48,638 nt of DNA from the NCBI GenBank assembly GCA_029717555.1, contig JAMDHS010000029.1:186001-234638 (forward strand), read 5' to 3'. Shown piece after piece: positions 1-11,627 of this stretch; position 1 is the first letter of the stretch; each line of letters starts with the position of its first letter. The notes below the pieces were generated by a model. The model searched no databases and was not told the DNA's origin. It saw only the letters and a list, made by a program, of their open reading frames with translations. The DNA is from Peribolospora baueri (lineage: Eukaryota). Position numbers and translations under genes: made by a program.

Positions 1-908
1 GACTCTGTCGCGTCCTCCACCTCGTCCGCCTTGCGCTTCTTGCTCTGTGTCGCGCCGTTCGCCTCCACTTTGGTAGCTTTGCTCGACGCAGCCTTGGGCT
101 CGGCGTCTTGCATCTTTTCGTCGGAGTCGGAGTCGGAGTCGGAGTCCGAGTCCGAGTCCGAGTCCGAGTCGGAGCTAGAGTCAGAGTCCTCTTCTTCGGG
201 GCTGGACTTGGCGGCCTTGGCCTTGGGCTTTTCGGTCTCTTCCTCGTCGGAAGACTCGTCATCAGACTCATCCTCGTCATCAGAAGACTCGTCGTCGGAG
301 GACTCCTCCTTCTCAGCGGCCTTCTTCGCGGTGGCAGCGGCAGCCGGCTTGACCGAGTCGGCCTTGGCTTTGTCCTCCTGGGGCGTTGAATGAAGAAGGA
401 AAGCGGAGGGCGGATGAGCAAAGCCGTTGTGGAGAGAAGAGGAAGCGCGGGCCTTACCTCGCTCTCCTCATCAGAGCTTTCCTCGGAGCTCTCCTCTTCG
501 CTGCTCTCCTCATCAGAGCTTACCTCTGCCTTTTTGTCGGCCTGCTTCGCGGACTAAGAGAAGGGGGAAAAGGGAGTTGGAAAGAAGGAAGAGTTAGATA
601 TGGAGAGGTAGGGCTCGACCAGGGAGCCACCAGTCTGGCACGCGGTTACTCACCTTGGCCTTCTCCTCTACCTCGTCCTCACTGTCTTCGCTGCTGTCTT
701 CACTGCTGTCTTCGCTGCTCTCCTCGCCCTTGGGAGGGGGCGGCGGGGCGGCCTTCTTCTTCTTGTCCTTGTCTTTGCCCTTGTCCTTCTTGCTCTCCTT
801 GCCGTTCGTCTTGGCAGCGGCAGCGGCGACGACGGGGGCGGCGGCCTTGGTGCTCACCTCCTCCTTCTTGGCCGAGCCGTTGACGGCGGTCTTGGACTTT
901 TTACCCAT
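1..908 (-). CDS. Nucleolin/Nsr1(Gar2)-like or Srp40-like nucleolar phosphoprotein, 5' part only (runs off the window start). Exons 908-654, 553-458, 377-<1
   Basis: ATG at 908 (MGKKSKT...). Two canonical introns (GTGAGT..TAG, GTAAGG..CAG). Alternating Lys/Ala-rich and Ser/Asp/Glu blocks end in KKRKADE, the layout that precedes the RRMs of fungal nucleolin. The RRMs themselves are not in the window. Confidence 0.7.
121..186. repeat. Hexamer microsatellite (TCGGAG/TCCGAG)n encoding a Ser-Asp run in the nucleolar protein
   Basis: Directly visible tandem hexamers. Confidence 0.9.
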
Positions 909-1218
909 TTTGAATTTAGAGGGCTGGGGAGGGAGGACGAGTAAGGGATGGATGGGAGCGCCGAAAGAAGAAGAGGCGCACGAAGGAGGTGGGTGGTAAG
1001 GTAAACCGAAGGAAGGAAGAAGGTGTTTTCCGTCCCTCTGTTTGCTTTCTATCTTTGCCTCTCTTCCATCCATCCACCGCTCGTCAAAATTCTGCGGGCC
1101 GCACCGACCCGCATCCGCCGCAGCGACGAAAAGCTGCGGTAACAAACTATGATTGTTCCCACGGCCATGCGATGCGCGTGTAACCCTAAGGGGGGCGAGC
1201 GGGTGGGTTTCTTTCCGT

Positions 1219-1591
1219 CTTGGCTTGGCACAAAAGCTCTTGGCGCTGCACGATGAGGTCTTGATCCGCCCGCCCGTCCCGTCGGGTCATTCTGACCGGG
1301 CGCGGGCAATGGAAGACCTGACTTACTCGGGCGGGCGGCTGTGCCGAATGTTTAATCATGTCGCTAGTCCGCGCTTGTGCTCGTGCTTGTGCTCGTCAAT
1401 GCCAATGCCACGCACGTCGTGATGTGGGCGAGGACGAAGGGGGAGCTTGGCTGGGCGCCAAGAGCGACCGCCACCTGGGGACCGTCGAAGCGGGCCAGCG
1501 AGTGACGAGGTTGGTGTGCGTCGCCGGAGGAAGCGACCCGGCTGGCTTGCCTGGCGAGCGCCACGTGGATTTGGCTCCGCCTTTTGCCAAG
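1219..1591. promoter_or_regulatory. Cluster of PacC/Rim101 binding sites (GCCARG) upstream of the pacC gene
   Basis: CTTGGC at 1219, 1224, 1239 and 1446; GCCAAG at 1457 and 1586; CCTGGC at 1550. Seven sites in about 370 bp. Confidence 0.65.
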
Positions 1592-2116
1592 CCCAACGAA
1601 CCCGTCGTCGGGACGAACGAGGGAGAGGGAGAGGGACAGAGCGAGGGTCGCACAAGCAAGTCTTTCTTCGGTCGAGGCGATAAACTAGATGATATAATAG
1701 CCAGCCAACGGACGATGGACGACAGCAGCTCGAACTCCTCCCACCATCACCATCGTCATCGCCATCGCCGCCACCACCACGCACCCACCTTCCACCGAGT
1801 CTACAGCCCCGTCGACTCGGACCACGTCTGCGACGACGACGACGACGACGACCACCAGCACCAGAACCACCACCGCACTGCCACTCGCCCCGCACATCCG
1901 GTCTCCTCCACCACCACCTCCTCCTCCCTCTCCTCCCATCCCCCCTCGCTTCAACCACACGTCCTACCAAGCGCCCGGCAGCCTTTTCCTCCCTCTTCCT
2001 TTCAGCCACCACCACCGCCCCCCTCGCTAGTTGGACACTTCTCGGCCGTTGAACAGCCAGCCGTTCACCTCCCCGCCCAGCAGGCGCCCGCGTATTATTC
2101 TATTTGCCCCCCCGCC

Positions 2117-5100
2117 ATGTCCGCCGCCGTCCTCTGCGCGGACCTACCCGTGCCGCCCGTAGTCGTTGGCGCCTCCCCCAGCGCCTCTTCCTCCGCCTCG
2201 CCCGCCACCAGTTCGACCAGCGGAGCTCCCTCGCCAGCCGTTTCCCCCGCTGCCGCCTCCACAGGCACCTCGGCCGGCCCTTCTTATTCTGCCCCACCCT
2301 TCACCCCGCCCGGGCAGATCGCATGCCGATGGCAGTCCTGTCAGCTCTCGTTCGACGACCCGGAGGTGCTCTACCAGCACCTTTGCAACGAACACGTCGG
2401 CCGCAAGAGCACCAACAACCTCTGTCTCACCTGCAAGTGGTTGGACTGCGACGTCAGCTGTGCGAAGAGGGACCATATCACTAGCCACTTGAGGGGTTCG
2501 TGTGTCTGTCGGCTCTCGAAGGGCCTTGTTCATGCAGGAGCTCACCTTCTTCTCTCGTTTCCCCTCGTCCTCCCGGAAACCGCCCGCAGTGCACACCCCG
2601 CTCAAACCGCACTCGTGCGACGTGTGCGGCAAGTCTTTCAAGCGCCCCCAAGACCTCAAGAAGCACGAGCGCATCCATACCGAGGAGCACCGCCAGCAGC
2701 ACAAGCACTCCAAGGCCATTACCGTCCATGACCTTGCCTATGAAGCCCCTCCCACCGTCCCCACCCTCTCCCGCACCCCCGTCGTCCCAGTTGGCTATAG
2801 CGCTGCCACCCAGCCTCCCATCTCCGGCTTTGCCGGCGGCGCCGGTCACCATCGCCACTCGCACTCGCACGCCTATCTCCTCGACCATCCTTCCAGCCGC
2901 TCTGGCTCTTCCGATGCCTCTCGCAGCGTCAGCCCGCATTCTACCATGGCCGGCGTCGCCATGACGCCCTCCGGAAGTAAGGACGGCTCGCTGACCTACG
3001 CTTCCCTCGCCGGGCCCTCTTCCTCGGCTGTCGCTCTGGCAGCATCATCTCGAACCGATATGCTCCACCCGGACAATGGCTTGGCCGCCTCGGGGTCTTC
3101 CCCTCCCCGTCCGCGCGACGGCCACTCCCCCGGCGCCTCCTCCGCGGCGAGCAACGCGTCTCTGAGCCCCACGAGCTCCGGCCTCGATCACATCAACGGC
3201 GGCGGCTTTCCCGCAACGCCTTCGCCCATCGGAGCGTTCGAAAACCATCCCAGCCCTCCTGACGCCGGCGCCAACGCCAGTGCGGGCTTGTACCCGACCT
3301 TGTACCCGAATATCCCCGCCCAGCCTCGCGCGGCCAGCTTCTCAGGCCACGCCGACGGAGCTACTCGCCCCCATGCCGTATTCGCCTTCCCCGGCTCCAA
3401 CCCCTCCCCGCTCGTCGCCGCGCAACAACACCATCATTTCAGTCGCCTCTCCGACGGACAGCTCCTGGGCGCGGGCACGGGGGCGGGCACGAAACGGACG
3501 TTCGAAGCGCACGCCGCGCTGGAGGACTTTTGGGACGACTTTAACAGGAGGAAGAAGTTGTTCTTTGATGCCGCCACCGCTGCAGGGGGTGGTTCGGCAG
3601 GGGGTGCAGACGAGACGGCGACGATGGGGATGATGGATGCAGCGGGGGCATACGACGCGGCGATGATGGCCAGACTGGACCAGCTTGCCGCTTTCGCCCC
3701 CCTTCTCGACACCCAGCTCTCCTCTTCCTCACTCGCCTCCGCTCATCCAGCCGCCATGGCGCCCTCCCACTCCCATTCGCCACCGCCCAGCCATCACCAT
3801 TCGCATCAACCTCATCACACCCACTCGCATTCTTTCTCTCACTCCTTGCCCGGCACGACTGCCGACTCGCACCACACACGAGCGACGACGAAGGGAACGG
3901 CATCGGGCTTGAGCGCTACGCTCGCTCACACCCCGGCCGTCGTCGCAGCCGACGATGACGGGAGCGGCAACGAAAGTGTGTTGGGCCTGGGCATCCCCGA
4001 GCTCGCCAAGGAGGACTTGGCCGACATCAACGCTTTCCTCCTTCAGCTCGGCGCTCAGGCTAGCGGAGGTGTAGGCGTAGGCGGAGGTTTCGGAGCGGCT
4101 GCTCCGTCGCTGACGTCAACGTCGCCCACCGCCAACGGGTTCTTAGATCACGCCTTGCTCAACCAGTTAGCCGGCATGCCCGGCATCGACTCTACGCTAC
4201 TCAGCCTAGGCGCCACCCTACCGCCCTCGTCTTCCACCACAGCCGGATCGCTCTATCCCAGCTTGAACTTTCTCCACCAGCACCAGCACGCCGCGATCCC
4301 CTCCATATCACGACGGCACATCGCTCAGCTCCCCACAAGAGTGCAGCAGCAAGGCGGCGGTGCCTCCTCGGCTGCGACGCCCGGAGAGGTGCCTTACGCC
4401 GTCCACTCAGCTCCGGGCTCTCAGTCTGGTCAGACGCTCTTTGATCCCTCTACCGGCCTCTACACGCACGCCTCCGCTTCGTCACTTGTCCATCCTGGCG
4501 CGCACGTCGGCAGTCAGGCCTCCATCGGCGCTTCTGGAGCCGTCTCTACCGTCGGCGCCGGAGCAGGCATCTCAGGAGGCGCGCCAGGCGTCCAGCCGGC
4601 GTACGCGTTCGACCAGCTCCGTCTGCCTCGCGGCGCCCCCGTCGTCCCTCAACTCGCGCCGATGGACATGCCTAACCATTCTTTCCGCCGCGTCGAGGCG
4701 CTCACTAGAGCTCCTCCTCCTCGCCCCGCAACCAGGGAGTCGGCGGTCACGATGGAAGGTGTGGAGGCGGCGATGCGCGACGGCGCTCGTCTCAAGGCAA
4801 CGGGCGACGAGGTTGCGTTGAGGAGTGTCAGCGAGGAGAAGGCAATGTCCAACAAGTCAAGGGAAGCTGCAGATGTGGAGATGGACGTCGAGCCGCTGCC
4901 TGCGCTCTCCAAGCCCGAGCCGATGGAGCCTCGGTTGGACACTGTAGCCGCCGTTGGCTACTCGTCCTCCGCTCTTCCTCCCTCCCTGTCCTCGTCTCAC
5001 CACCATCACCACAACCATCATCATCATCATCATCATCACCTTCGTCATGGTGACTCTTCTCCTTCTCCTTCGGCCGCCTCCCCCTCCCCTCGCTCCGTCT

Positions 5101-6236
5101 CCCCGCCCCCACTGTCGGTCGGCATATCTGCCAGCCCTATGTCAGTGTCTGCATCGGAAGAGGAGAGGAGAAGGAGGGAAGGCGCCACGCCAGCCGTGTC
5201 CGTATCCGACGGCAGCAGCAGCTTCCCCCTTGTACGAACCATCTATCCCGTCCTCGCGGAGGGAGACCCGAGCAGGAGGTTGCCCCTCCCTGGTCCAACC
5301 GAGCTTCTCTCCCTCGGAGCCGGAACCGGAGCCACGCAGGCACCGGCACCGACGCCGATGCGCTCTACCTCGTCGACGTCGAGCATGACAAGCATACGCA
5401 GCTTGCTCAACTCGCCCGTGCCTGAACGGGAGAGTCGGCCGTTTTTGTCGGAAGTGGAGAGGGAGAGGGAGGAGCGGAAGCCAAGAAGTTCGTCGACGTC
5501 GCTCTACCCGCGCTTGCCCGAGCGGTCTTTCTCTTCCTCCTCCTCCTCCTCTTCTGCGTCTTCTTCGTCGTCCTCCCTTTCTTCTTCTGCTTCTGCCGTC
5601 GAGCCTGCCTTGTCGTCGTCATGGCCGGCCGCCGGTGCGCGTCAGCCGTACGGTCCGCCGTCCACGCTTCGTCTCGCCAGCGAGGCCTCCCGAAGCACCG
5701 CCACCGAAGGCGACGGCAAGTATAGTTACGGCCGCGGCGGCTATGGATACGCCGGGGCTGAAGACGAGTCGACTATCATGGACCTCGATCGTCCTGGCTC
5801 GGCTGGGACGGTGGTGCCTCGCGCCGGTTCGCGGGCGGGCTCGCCGGCGATGTCGAGTCGCATGGATGAGGACGAGCGCGAAGTCGCCGCGGGGCCGGGG
5901 CCGAGGGCGACAATGGCGATGGCGATGACAGCGGAGGGGGAGGGAGAGGAAGCGCAGAGGCAGAGGCAGAGGCGTCTTGCTCACGTCGACCTCATCAAGC
6001 GCCTTCTCATCGCCGTCAACGTGGCCTACAGGACGCAAGAGGAAGCGAGGGCTGCCGCCGCTGCCATGTCTTTGTCTTCTGATGTCATTGCTCGTTGCGC
6101 CGAGGAGCGTGACGGCGCGAAGACGCCAAAGCGAGTGGATTCGGTAGAGGTGGATGGACGGGCGGTAACAAGCCGGACGGAAATGGAGGCGGAAAGTCGG
6201 CACCGAGGACGGAGAGAAATTGAGGCGGAGGTGTGA
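2117..6236 (+). CDS. pacC: pH-response C2H2 zinc-finger transcription factor PacC/Rim101. Exons 2117-2495 and 2590-6236, about 1341 aa. In-frame upstream ATGs at 1358 and 1715 are alternative starts
   Basis: Three zinc fingers: [73 protein letters not shown]. Intron 2496-2589 (GTTCGT..CAG) joins them in frame. Also the conserved [17 protein letters not shown] box and YPxL/I motifs. Confidence 0.95.
5001..5039 (+). repeat. CAY trinucleotide run encoding a poly-His tract in PacC
   Basis: [14 protein letters not shown] read directly in the PacC frame. Confidence 0.85.
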
Positions 6237-7249
6237 CAGTGACCGTGTCCCAACCGAGTGAGCTGGATGGGGCTTGGCTCCTGTCTGTCTCCAGGGATCT
6301 GTCGTCCTTCGCCTTTTTTTTTCCTCGTCTTTGCAGCTCTTGTCCATTTTTTTCTCTTTTTCGCACTTCGGTCTGTTGGCAGCGTGGCATCGCTCGTATC
6401 GTATTTCTACTACTCCACTCCACTCGTATTTCTTCTACTCGGCTCGCACTTGGACAATGCGTCTCGTCTCCTGTCGTCTCGCTTTCGTTCTTTGTCCGCC
6501 CCCCTCTCTCACCTTCTTTATGTATTTCTTCGTTCTTGTCTCGCCTCTGACCCGATCCCGTGTACGCTTACTATCCTTCCTACCTGCGAACCCAGAATCA
6601 AGTCTTGTCGCCACCACCCGTATGTATACCCTCAAAGCGAGCCTTGAGGGGGACGAAGTGTATACTTATGTATGTCTTTCAACCTACAGCTGGTCCAGCC
6701 AGGCCTGCCGGTTGTCCTCATCGACACGGTCAAAAAAGGTGAAAAGTGCGTTTCGTCGGTCGCACTCGTGGCACTCCCATTCGGAAAGAGTCTACAGTTC
6801 GTTGGACAGGAAACGATGCGCTGTCAGCCAACGAACGCCAACCGGCGACCCAAGTGAGCGGGAGCAGGGGCTCTTCGTGGCATGAGGGTGGGAACGTATG
6901 TCAACTCTCCGGGCATCCACCGATCCGGCCGCTGCTGGAGGGGACGAGCGGACTGGCGTTGACGACGTCGTGTAATGGATCATCGTTGAGACGGGAAGGG
7001 TGTCCGAAGGGAGGCCCGGACCTGATAAGTAAACTACACCCCTCCGTCCATTCATTTCCTTGTTGCCCACGCGAATACCAGGATCACGCACGCCTGTTTG
7101 ATTCTCATCTGATTGGATTATCTGGGCACTCATCGATGTAAGCCCGGTGACGGAAGGGTGCGTGCATCTCCACGACCTTTACCCCTGTCCGCAAACGTTA
7201 TATACACCTGGATCGCATGCCTTCAACGAGGAGCAGTAGCATTGAACGC

Positions 7250-10200
7250 CTAATCATCGACCTTCAAGCTGGCGTCGACGGCGGGGAAATGCTTGAAGAA
7301 AGATACGAAGAGGTCGATGAGGAGCTGGGCGTCGTGGGAGCCGCCAGTCTCTCGGATGGAGTGCCTGTTTGCCAGTTAGGAAAGGGAGAGACGGCCGTGA
7401 GCAGGTTCGTCCGAGCCGTAGACTTCGAAAGGAGACCTCCGTCGCCGGGCAGGTATCCCGCCGAGGGGAGACTACCCACATGGAGAGCTGAGGGTTGCCT
7501 AGGTCGACGGTGCGGATACCGGTCTTGGACAACATAGGTCTGCGTGCGGCGCGGAAATGGCCACAAAATAAAGAAGAAATGAACGACCGAAACCTCAAGG
7601 TAGCGCCAATCCAGACGACCTGCCTGGTGCCGTCGGCGAGACTGCCCACCCTACGTTGACTCACCCAATAGTGCTTCCACAAGGCATATCGTTCCTTACT
7701 TCGAACTCCTGCAGAGGTACGCTGGCCAGTTGTGCAACGCGGCGGAGGAGGAAAGCGGTAGCAGCGGTCGAGGCATAGCGTTGCTTTGCGTTCATCTGCG
7801 ACAATTGGGATGGGAACGGATGGAACCGGGGAAAATCGGTGAAAGGCAGCATGTGAGCGATGGAAGAATGGTAGGATGAGGAAAGGCAAGAAGGCCTTGG
7901 GCGTTAACGCCTCTTTGCCCATATAGCCCGTCCGCCACAGAAATAAAGCGCCTGTTTCTTGACTCGCCTTAAGGACCGGTCCACCGTTGATCTTGGGCCT
8001 ATGCTGATCCTGGTAGAAGGATGGGTAGTTGGGGCTGTGCAAACGTGCTCAACAGGTGTCAGGCAAGGCAGTGATTCGATATAATTTCGGTCGGGATCGA
8101 GGTGGATTGCCGCGACTCGGCGAGAATCGACTAGCGAAGAGACTCACTGGAAACCGTGAGCTTGATCGCTCCTGTCATGTCGCGATGCCGAGAATGCGGG
8201 AACAAGCACACGGAAATTTTCATCTGGGTCAGCTCAAGTCCGACAAACCTCGTCGCAGGGCCGAAGTAGAGCCTATCGGCGTGTTGAGGAGAGTCGAGCG
8301 GAGATGTATTCGAGCGAATGAAGATTGACTCACGAAAGAAGGAAACTCTTAGATATGGCGCACTCGTAAGCCTGCGACTTGGCCTCAGCGCTGAGGGAGG
8401 AATAACCCTGCACGCCTGGGATCGAGGCGGAGACGAGACGCTGGATGAGCGAGGGGAGCATATTGGACTCCGCGCCGTGATTCGAGACGGAGCCGACCTG
8501 TGAAATTGTGCGACGAGAAGAGGAGAGAGAGGCAAAGTCAAGGTTGGATGGCGTAGAGCCGACAGGGATTGAAAACGGGTGTTCAACAACGCACCTCCTC
8601 GTTATCAAACAAGGCGATCGCCCGAATACTCGGATCGTCCTTCAAACCGTCGGCACCTTCCGCTTCCAGCGAGGCGATCAACGCTTCGACGGCGCAGAAG
8701 CACGACATTTGATTATCCAGGCGGGGGCTGGTCGCAGTAGGTTGTGAGACGTGACCGTACAAGGTTTTAAAGAAGAAGTGAAACGACATGGGAAGTACGA
8801 GTGAGTTCGCGTCGGCGAGCCCGGACTGTTGGACGCTTGTCACTCACGAGAAGATGAATTCGTTGTGCACTCCGCCGATGGAAGCTTTCTGAACATCGTA
8901 AAGGCATCTGAACATCGTAAAGAACAAGAGAGGAAGGGAAAAGGCCCAAGAGTGATACGAGTGTGAGCGAAGCATGTTCCCGTCTGCAGCCGAGCCGGCG
9001 CCTCGAGCTGACGGTACCCGCGGCAGTCGGTTGCAGAAAAGGAGCGAAACGGCGAGGATGCTCTCACTCACAGCTCAAAGTCCTGTATGTGCGAGACGTC
9101 GCAGCCGAGCTCATCGGCGAGCACGCCAAGGAGAATTGGGTGGTGCTTGGACCTCATGGTCGGCGTCCCCACGGCATCTTGTCCAGTTTGCTCCTCTCCA
9201 TTCTCCTCCTTGTGCTGGGCACCATTGGAAGCCTCGTCAACAGCATTAGCGGGTCCATTGAGTGCCTTCTCAGCCTCTCTCGCCAGGCCCAAGATGGGCT
9301 GAAGGTGGTCCTCTTCGTTAAACTTGAATCCTTGCTGTACGCTCCGGTCGAGGTGGATGGCCAGGGTGGGGATGCGCAGCAGAGGTCGGTCCACCTTGAC
9401 CAGCTTGGAGACGAACGTTTCGGTCGAGGGGTCCGAGACGATCACTCGTCCTGCCAGAGACAAGTCACGGTCGAACCACGTATGCCACAAGCCGCCTCCG
9501 TACGTCTCCACGGCTGCGATGTCGAAGAAGGGAAAGAGAAGCGATTATGAGGGTGGGAACGATCAGAGAAGACGCCACAAAATAAAAGCGCTCATACTGC
9601 ATTGCAAATAGCCTTCCTTCGTGCGCTTGCTGATCGGCCTGATGCGCAGATTGGGCGAGTCCGTCTACAAGAACACCGAGATTCAAGACGGAGCGAGACG
9701 TGGACAGAAGGAAAGTGAGTGGAAGAGCGACCCAGGAAGTGAGCAAAGTTGAGGACTGACGTGGGCGCCGACCACGTTGACACCAGAACCGGGCTGGAAC
9801 TTGTGCCCGATGGTGAAGGCGACGAGAGAAGATTGGTTGCGCGTGAAGCTGTGGAGGGTGCATAGAGAAGGAAGCGATTAAAAGAAAGAAAATCGGTCCA
9901 CTACTATCCGGGTGCCAACTGACAAGTATTTGCCGCCAGGTGCCAAGCGGCCCTCCCAAGGCTGACCTTCACGAAGTTTGACGAAGCCAGCACCCTCGAG
10001 ACGGCTGGCCGCGGTGGAGGTGGCGTGGAAGGGAGTGGGTGAGGCATCGACGAAGTTGAGGAACGCCGACGCAGCTGGAGGCACGCCGTGAATCGCAGTC
10101 TACCGCCGGTACAGTGGGAAAGAGTGCGAAGGGAAGAAACAAGCGCATTTCCGTCAGACCTTCAAAGACGGCCATTCATGCACAAGGCAACGATCTCGAC

Positions 10201-10342
10201 AATGCTCTGAGCACGGGCCATGGAAAAGGGCGGTGCGATTCCAGCTCATCGGCCTCGTCAGATCGTTCCAAGGGGTGAGCACCCAAGTAGCCGCGAGCAC
10301 CACCAACTGCGCCCTACCAGCACAACTGAGAGTCGTCGCCAT
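7250..10342 (-). CDS. APE4: Aspartyl aminopeptidase (M18 family), multi-exon. Start codon tentative. Includes a 24-nt micro-exon at 8171-8148
   Basis: Spliced motifs FVDASPTPFHA, FTRNQSSL, DSPNLR, ETYGGGLWHTWFDRDLSLAGRV, RLDNQMS, FDNEE|VGS, SSDQAHGFHPNY, RNDMPCGSTIG, PQLSM|HSIRE. Stop TAG at 7252-7250. Confidence 0.93.
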
Positions 10343-11627
10343 GTAGACGTCAAGGATATAGATCCTACGCAGTCCCACCAGCATTCCAACTAGGAGTGCA
10401 ACGCGCCGTACAGCAAGCTCGCCGGCCATGAACGAGGCCGCGTCACCGTCTTTCACTTCCGTCTCCTCTTGCCTTCGTGACACCATCGCCGACGATCTAT
10501 CGCAAACAAACGACATCCCCACCTGCCCGTGCGACTTGGGATAAGTTTCCAGGCCGCCTCTGCCGCGGCCCAGTTCATCTCTGGTCGCTCACCATGTTGA
10601 CCCTCCTGAACTGGAATCCTTTGAATGAGTGTCCGATCGGGGCGTTTGGGAGAGGCACGAAAGAGGAACGAGAGAGGGAGGCAAAGAAGATGCGAGGAGC
10701 GAGGGGAGCCAGTTTGGATATGGGCACGACGGACAAGGCTGGACGAGAAGGGTGAGGATGGTGAGCGTAGAGAAGAGATACGGCAGCCTGTGGTTGGTAT
10801 GTGCGATGATCGCCTTGCCAGCGCCAGGAATCGAACCTAGGGCCGAGCCGGGCCGAGCCTCCGAACAGCGCCGACGAGAACGACGAGCGCACGGACGACG
10901 TCGAGTCCAGTCGTCCGATACCACCGGTCGTCGCGCCCGCAGCTCTGACCAGGCCCTTTTTTCCAACGTCCCCGTCATGGCCGATGTCGCACCCCATACA
11001 GACGTTTGGGGAATTCACTTCGGGCGTTCCCAGGCCCCGAAAGCTCACGCCGTGTTGTGCTTGCGCCGTTCATCCGGATGCGCACAGCCGCTGACCCTGA
11101 CGCTTCCATCCTTGCCCTCCTTCTTCTTTCGTAATCAGAGCCGTATCGCATCGTCTTTAGACGTCACTGAAACTCAGTCTTACTGTCCATTCCTGTCTTC
11201 TGCGTCCCCTTTCGTCCACCCTTCCGTTCATACAGGCAATATAGCGCTGCTGCAATCATCGTCGTCTTCATGTCCGCAACCCCAGCTTTGCACCCTTCAC
11301 CTCCAAAACTATTCCGTACCTCCACCTCGTTCGTTGGTTGTACCCTCAAGTGAAGGTGTCTTGCCTCGCTCAACTTGGTTTGGCGTGATGCCAGGCAGAA
11401 AGGACATCGTTGGGTTGAACAGAAGTTTTGGGCACGGCCCCGACAACCTTGGCAAGGGCGAACGTCGTCTGTTATATAATGCCGTCTAGAACGCCTTCCA
11501 TTCTCTTCTCTCCTACTTCTTTTGCTCACCTTCGATCCATCAAGGCCATACCCAACCCAGACCCACATAAAGAGGCCTGCTCGCTGTTCTGTTTTTCTTC
11601 CTCATCCCATAGACGTCTTGGTTCATC

